From assembly GCA_963764305.1 (NCBI GenBank), contig CAVXSD010000009.1:369949-433948 (forward strand): a stretch of 64,000 nt of DNA, given 5' to 3'. Positions 57,380 to 64,000 of the stretch are shown one piece after another. How positions within the stretch are numbered: position 1 is the first letter of the stretch; each line of letters starts with the position of its first letter. Both the position numbers and the translations under genes were made by a program. The DNA comes from an uncultured Acidimicrobiaceae bacterium (GTDB lineage: Bacteria; Actinomycetota; Acidimicrobiia; Acidimicrobiales; RAAP-2). The notes under the pieces are model-generated. The model was not told where the DNA came from, did no database searches, and was given only the letters and a program-made list of their open reading frames with translations.

Positions 57380-57814
57380 TCAGGACTCAGGATTCCGGTG
57401 AACAGGTAAGAGGCGCTTCGCTTCACGCTGGGTTTCGAGGACTGTCGTGAGTTGGCTCAGGGCGTCTGGGTTCTCGCTCACCCGATTGTGGCGCTCCTCG
57501 GGGTCCGCGGTCAGGTTGTGCAGCTCGAAGAACGGGCTGGCAGCGGCAGCCGCAAATGGGCTCTTGGGGATGCCGTGATCGGCATTCCAGTCGTCGAGCC
57601 GTTCGTAGTAGTGGTTGAGCTTCCAGAGCTCCTCGGAGCCGTCGGGACCGGTCGCGAGGGTGACGATCACAGATTCGACCCGTGAGGGCGAAGCAGCGGG
57701 GTCAAAGGGCTTTCCGCTCAGCAGGTTGGTCTGGTTGAGGCCCCTCGAAATGTAGTCCTCGGTCATGAAGTAGATCGGCGAAGCCATGTCTGAGGATGTT
57801 GTCTTACCTGTCAC
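57380..57814 (-). pseudogene. C-terminal fragment of a sulfatase
   Basis: PIYFMTEDY... and ELHNLTADPEERHNR are typical of the C-terminal domain of large arylsulfatases. The roughly 400-aa catalytic N-terminal domain is absent, and the next gene ends 50 nt upstream. Confidence 0.55.
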
Positions 57815-57864
57815 GACCCGGCTCAGGTCCCGTCCGGGTAGAGGCTGGGCCTCGTCGTGTCGAA

Positions 57865-59316
57865 CTACAGACCCGACTCAACCGTGATCCGTCCTGTGGA
57901 CGCAGCGCGCCGCAGCGCCTCGTAGTCACGCTGGTTCTGCTCGGCATAGGTGTCAGCAAACTCGGCCAGAGCCCGGTCGAATGTCGGTCCGTTCCCGAGA
58001 TAGCTGGCGATCGCGACGCGGTCACCCGAGCGGGCGTGCGCCCGGGCCAGGGCCTGGGCGCATACTCCGACATACTTGGCGAGGCCCTGTGGGATCGCCC
58101 CTTCAACCTCGAAGCTCCCCTTCCAGTCCCGGAGCTGGCGGAGATAGAAGTCTCGGGTCACACCGTCAGGACCTTCGACCGCTTGGTAGCCGAGGAAGAT
58201 GTCGCTGGCCGCCTGCATCAGATGTTGGCCGGCCACCACCCGCGCCCCATGGTTGGCGTGGCCGCTCTTGCCAACGAACTCCTCGAGCACGGACGCCTCC
58301 GCCTCCTTGGCTTGGAGGATCAGCGGGTCCTCGTTGCCCAAGCCGACCATGAGCAGGATCCAGGCCCGGGTGCCCACGCTCCCCACACCCACCACCTTGC
58401 GGGCGATCTGGACGAACTCGAACTCCTCGAGCAGGTGGCGCCGATCGGACTGGAGGCTCCGTCGGTAGCCGCGCACGAGCTGGTGGAACGACTCGTGGAG
58501 CGCGTCACTCACTTCCTGGGGGAACAGCTCCTCGGCCGGCACGATCAGCGGCGGATCACTCACGATGCGGAGCTCGCCGTCGATGACGGTGGTGAGCTTG
58601 CCCAGGGCCTGGAGGCTGTCCCGGGTACGGGCCTTGGTGACCATCTGAGCGGTGCGCGTCGCCATGTGCTTGTCGGCCTTGGACCCCGTCTTGCCGGCCG
58701 TCGCCTCGAGCCCGGCGAGCAGACCGGCGACGTCGATGTGGGAGTACCACACGTTCAGAGTGGAGAGCCCGGCCAGGCGGGCCATCTCTCGGCGGTAGTT
58801 TGCTCCTACTTCCAGAGCGGCGGTGCGAGCCTCTTTCGCCGTGAACTCGAGGTCTTGGGCGGCGATCACCACGCTGGCGGCAAGTCGCTTGAGGTCCCAC
58901 TCCCATGGTCCCGGCAGGGTCTCGTCGAAGTCATTGACGTCGAACATCAACTTGCGCTCGGGCGAGGCGAACAGTCCGAAGTTGGACAAGTGGGCATCGC
59001 CGCAGGCCTGTGCGGTGAGGCCCGACCGGGGAGTAAACGCGAGGTCCGAGGCCATGATCAGCGCGGCTCCCCGGAAGAAGGTGAACGGCGAGACCAGCAT
59101 GCGCCCGTAGCGGATCGGAACCAGTTCGGGTACCCGGGTGGTGGCCTGCCGCTCGAGCAGGCTGACCGGGTCCGGCCGGCTAGTAGTAGGACGGAACTCC
59201 GCCTGGGACGATCGGGGTGCCCGAGCGCGGGCCTCCTTGCCGAGTTTCACGCGCTCCTCGACGGTGAGGTGCGGCACGGCATGAGCCGCTCGGTCTGGTC
59301 GTTGCTTCAGATCCAT
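57865..59316 (-). CDS. DUF2252-family protein
   Basis: RYGRMLVSPFTFFRGAA, CGDAHLSNFG and FDVNDFDET motifs. Start at ATG 59316 with a GGGGGA RBS. Confidence 0.8.
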   Translation of the reverse strand: MDLKQRPDRAAHAVPHLTVEERVKLGKEARARAPRSSQAEFRPTTSRPDPVSLLERQATTRVPELVPIRYGRMLVSPFTFFRGAALIMASDLAFTPRSGLTAQACGDAHLSNFGLFASPERKLMFDVNDFDETLPGPWEWDLKRLAASVVIAAQDLEFTAKEARTAALEVGANYRREMARLAGLSTLNVWYSHIDVAGLLAGLEATAGKTGSKADKHMATRTAQMVTKARTRDSLQALGKLTTVIDGELRIVSDPPLIVPAEELFPQEVSDALHESFHQLVRGYRRSLQSDRRHLLEEFEFVQIARKVVGVGSVGTRAWILLMVGLGNEDPLILQAKEAEASVLEEFVGKSGHANHGARVVAGQHLMQAASDIFLGYQAVEGPDGVTRDFYLRQLRDWKGSFEVEGAIPQGLAKYVGVCAQALARAHARSGDRVAIASYLGNGPTFDRALAEFADTYAEQNQRDYEALRRAASTGRITVESGL

Positions 59317-59810
59317 AATCGCTCCCCCGATCCTGGTTCGAACGTTGATGCTGCGCCCTCCATCATGGTCCCGAGGTCGCCAGCAGTACAGGGCTGGCGA
59401 ACCCTGAGCGTTGCGTGGTGACGGCAGCGGTGATCTGACCCCGGGAAGAGGGCAGTGGCCTGGGTCGACCTTGACGAGGTGCCCCCGGCCTCGCCGGGAA
59501 GAGAGGACACCTGGAGTGTCGCCGTGCGGCACCCAGGTGGCAAACGTCGGCTCGCAAGGGCGCACGTCGTGGGACACCTATCCGAGCGCAAATTGCCGAC
59601 TCTAGGCGCAGCGATTCGGGGGGGTCGCCAGCCATCGTTCGGACGTTATGGCGTTGATGGAACCCGCTAGCCCGTGGCGATAGCGTCTCTTCTCGGGCAA
59701 GCCCACGACCACGTCAGTAGTCGTCGGGCGAATTCGTGCGGGCCGATCATGTCGGCGACGATCAAGTAAACCGGTTCATCCGGAACCAGGTCATCTGACC
59801 GCGAACTCGA

Positions 59811-62030
<2,220 letters not shown>

Positions 62031-62119
62031 TCACTGTTTGCATGTTTTCATCTGATGGCCGGTTGCACACGACCTGGCATTCTGGACGTCACGCTGCCTG
62101 CTCAGGCGGGATCATACGC

Positions 62120-62464
62120 TCAGCTATCGCTCGAGATCGCTCGACCCACCACAAGGGACGACGTTCGCCTCGTGTGTTGTCTGGCCCGGGTCGTCGCCTC
62201 CACCCCGATACTGGTGTCCGACGTGGCCTGAGGTCCGGCTGGCTCGACGCGACTGTGGGCGCGCTGGTGCCTCACCACGATCTCGAACATGTGGCGGTAC
62301 GCCTCCACCGTTGCGGCCGACGGCCCTCCCCATCGATCACTCGCGGCCGCCTCCGACAGCGTGGCCCCACGACCGGGCCCCGGGAAGACTTGGGCGTCGA
62401 TTTCCTCGAAGGCTCGTGTGCAGGCGGTCACCTTGTCAGAGCCCGCGTCCTCCTTGTCGCTCAT
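62120..62464 (-). CDS. Hypothetical ORF between fur and katG
   Basis: The first half has GC-rich third positions. No family recognised and the RBS is weak. Confidence 0.3.
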   Translation of the reverse strand: MSDKEDAGSDKVTACTRAFEEIDAQVFPGPGRGATLSEAAASDRWGGPSAATVEAYRHMFEIVVRHQRAHSRVEPAGPQATSDTSIGVEATTRARQHTRRTSSLVVGRAISSDS

Positions 62465-62547
62465 GTCTCTTGGCGCCCTCCCCAGCACCGATCGGAGCTC
62501 CTGCCCGTTCGGCCTGCTGTCGTCGTGGTTCGCGGCCTTGGCTCACC

Positions 62548-62600
62548 TTAAATCTGGACCTAGAACGATTCAAGGGTTATTTCCAATTCATTCTTAGAGG
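62548..62600. promoter_or_regulatory. AT-rich island with imperfect dyads in the fur / orf-katG divergent region (candidate Fur-family operator)
   Basis: 19 of 53 bases are G/C by my count, in a strongly GC-rich background. It contains GAACGATTCAAGG ... CCAATTCATTC and flanking CTAGAA/TTCTTAG half-sites. Confidence 0.35.
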
Positions 62601-62624
62601 CTGTCGCTTGGTATACATGGACGC

Positions 62625-63047
62625 ATGCCCTCGATGCCGCTTCTCGACCGCCTTCGAGCGCTGGACTGGCGCTTGACGCCCCAGCGACGGGTCATAGCCG
62701 AGGCGATGGAGGGGGACAACGTCCACCTCACAGCGGAAGAGGTGCTCGAGCGGGCACGGGGGCGTCTGCCAGAGGTGAGCCTGGCGACGGTGTACAACAC
62801 GCTCAACGAACTGGTTTCGATGGGCGAGGTTCAGCAGGTGGACGCGGGTGGCAGCCCTACCCGCTACGACCCCAACACCAAGGACGGCCATCACCACCTC
62901 GTGTGCCTCAAATGCGGCGACCTACGCGACGTGCATCCGCAAGGACTGGACGCGCTCGAGTTGCCACGGTCGGACCGCTTCGGCTACCGGATCATCAACC
63001 GAGAAGTGCTCTTCCAGGGCTACTGCCGCGACTGCGGAAGGTCGTAG
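62625..63047 (+). CDS. Fur-family transcriptional regulator (FurA/PerR-like context)
   Basis: RLTPQRRVIAEAM, HLTAEEV...SLATVYNTL, HHHLVCLKCG and a C-terminal CRDCG (two CxxC pairs). Confidence 0.85.
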   Translation: MPSMPLLDRLRALDWRLTPQRRVIAEAMEGDNVHLTAEEVLERARGRLPEVSLATVYNTLNELVSMGEVQQVDAGGSPTRYDPNTKDGHHHLVCLKCGDLRDVHPQGLDALELPRSDRFGYRIINREVLFQGYCRDCGRS

Positions 63048-63329
63048 AGCGGTCGTTCGGAGCGGCTGACGAGAATGACAAATGAAGAACGTCCGCATCT
63101 GCGTCGGCGGAGGCGGACTAATTGAGTCTTGGGGGGCTGGAGGGTCGGGTAGCCCGGGGGGAATTGCACCCCCCGGTTCCCACAGATCCCGGCGTGACAT
63201 TCTCCCGTCACCGGGCTCTTCTCATCCGTCACACGGTCAATAGGCACGGGCCCACTTCCATTGGGCGGACAGACCGGGCTGTCGATCGATCAGTCCGGTC
63301 CTCCACCGTCTGAAAGCTGTATTGGTCCG

Positions 63330-63460
63330 CAGCCGCCGGTACTTCCTCCCAGCCCAGCGCCTCAGGGTAGGTGCTGGCACGTTGGAAGAGGGGAATCATG
63401 CCCGTCCTGTGAAACCGGCCGTTGTAGTTCATCCACCACTGGAGAGGCTGGGTCAGGAGT
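63330..63460 (-). pseudogene. Possible remnant of an rve-type (IS3/IS481-like) transposase C-terminus
   Basis: The minus-strand reading LQWWMNYNGRFHRTGMIPLFQ resembles the W..YN..R.H..LGY motif at integrase-core C-termini. No upstream catalytic region is present. Confidence 0.2.
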
Positions 63461-63505
63461 TGTCCCCGATACCCACAAGGCGGGGCGCCGTGCAAGGCTG
63501 GCGAG

Positions 63506-64000
63506 GTGATCGAGGCCCGGGGGCTCTCAAAACGGTTCGGCAACGTAGTGGCGGTGGACGACCTGTCCTTCGACGTGCGTCCGGGGACCGTGACCGGCTT
63601 TCTCGGGCCCAACGGGTCCGGCAAGTCGACCACGATGCGCATGATCATGGGCCTCGACTCGCCGGCGTCGGGCTCTGTCTCCGTGTTGGGCCGGCGCTAC
63701 CACGACCTCCCCTGGCCGCTGCGGGAAGTGGGCGGGCTCCTCGAAGCGAAGGCCATCCATCCCGGTCGCTCCGCCCGCGCGCATCTACTTACCCTGGCCC
63801 GGAGCAATGCCATCGCCCGGGCGCGCGTCGACGAGGTGCTGGAGCTCGTGGGTCTCACCTCAGTCGCTGGCAAACGGGTGGGCAAGTTTTCACTCGGCAT
63901 GGGCCAGCGCCTGGGCATTGCCGCCGCCCTGCTTGGCGACCCTGGAGTGCTTCTTTTCGACGAGCCCGTGAACGGCCTCGATCCCGAGGGCATCCGCTGG
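63506..64000 (+). CDS. ABC transporter ATP-binding protein (5' part, runs off the window end)
   Basis: The GTG at 63506 is followed by IEARGLSKRFG. Walker A is GPNGSGKST, the signature is LGMGQR, and Walker B is LLFDEP. Confidence 0.85.
   Translation, partial: MIEARGLSKRFGNVVAVDDLSFDVRPGTVTGFLGPNGSGKSTTMRMIMGLDSPASGSVSVLGRRYHDLPWPLREVGGLLEAKAIHPGRSARAHLLTLARSNAIARARVDEVLELVGLTSVAGKRVGKFSLGMGQRLGIAAALLGDPGVLLFDEPVNGLDPEGIRW

Noticed and set aside
57796-59421. 541-aa plus-strand ORF
   Set aside because: It is a shadow of the DUF2252 gene on the opposite strand and has low-complexity Gly/Arg/Glu/Leu composition.
59580-59810. Short protein-like minus-strand reading (VPDEPVYLIVADMIGPHEF) between DUF2252 and katG
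   Set aside because: It is too short, has no start or family, and may be debris or chance.

Overview
High-GC actinobacterial chromosomal segment. Lineage markers are Lsr2, a WhiB-like gene, F420-type luciferase-like oxidoreductases, an ECF41/SigJ-like sigma factor, KatG and a group-II truncated haemoglobin. Roughly 1-43 kb is mostly housekeeping or metabolic: an ECF41 sigma plus CMD module, a TrxR-like/CMD operon with a divergent HxlR regulator, an HtrA-like protease, Lsr2, a P450-TetR-LLM cluster, a NarL-type two-component pair, an ABC1 kinase, enoyl-CoA hydratases, an aldo-keto reductase and VOC proteins. A tRNA-Gly(UCC) sits at 42980-43050. The stretch from there to about 57.8 kb looks lower in GC by eye and is a patchwork of small accessory genes (NTF2-like, GYD, DinB, GNAT, RibD-C/DHFR-like, methyltransferases, SMI1/SUKH-like). 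It also holds an integrase remnant and an IS1380-family element with perfect 14-bp inverted repeats and a 5-bp target duplication. The window ends with DUF2252, katG, a divergent fur-family gene and a partial ABC ATPase. Three points stand out. (1) About 17 genes have reading frames broken only by indels, almost all of them accessory genes. One cluster at 10.9-15.2 kb has at least 14 frame switches across four consecutive genes, while about 40 kb of other coding sequence is clean. (2) The best candidate for an undescribed system is 32.6-36.6 kb. It contains a beta-class SPPY DNA methyltransferase running into an uncharacterised C-terminal module, a 17-bp tandem duplication creating two 4-codon mini-ORFs, a 104-aa ORF, and a 398-aa orphan protein with a PD-(D/E)xK-like D-x9-S-x-K motif translationally coupled to a GNAT. 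(3) Smaller oddities include a WhiB-like ORF lacking two of four Fe-S cysteines, convergent gene ends sharing a stop-containing 9-mer repeat around a UUCG hairpin, a 7 x 9-residue repeat protein paired with an RDD membrane protein, and several in-frame short tandem duplications. No rRNA and no CRISPR array were seen. All family assignments come from reading motifs by eye, without database searches.
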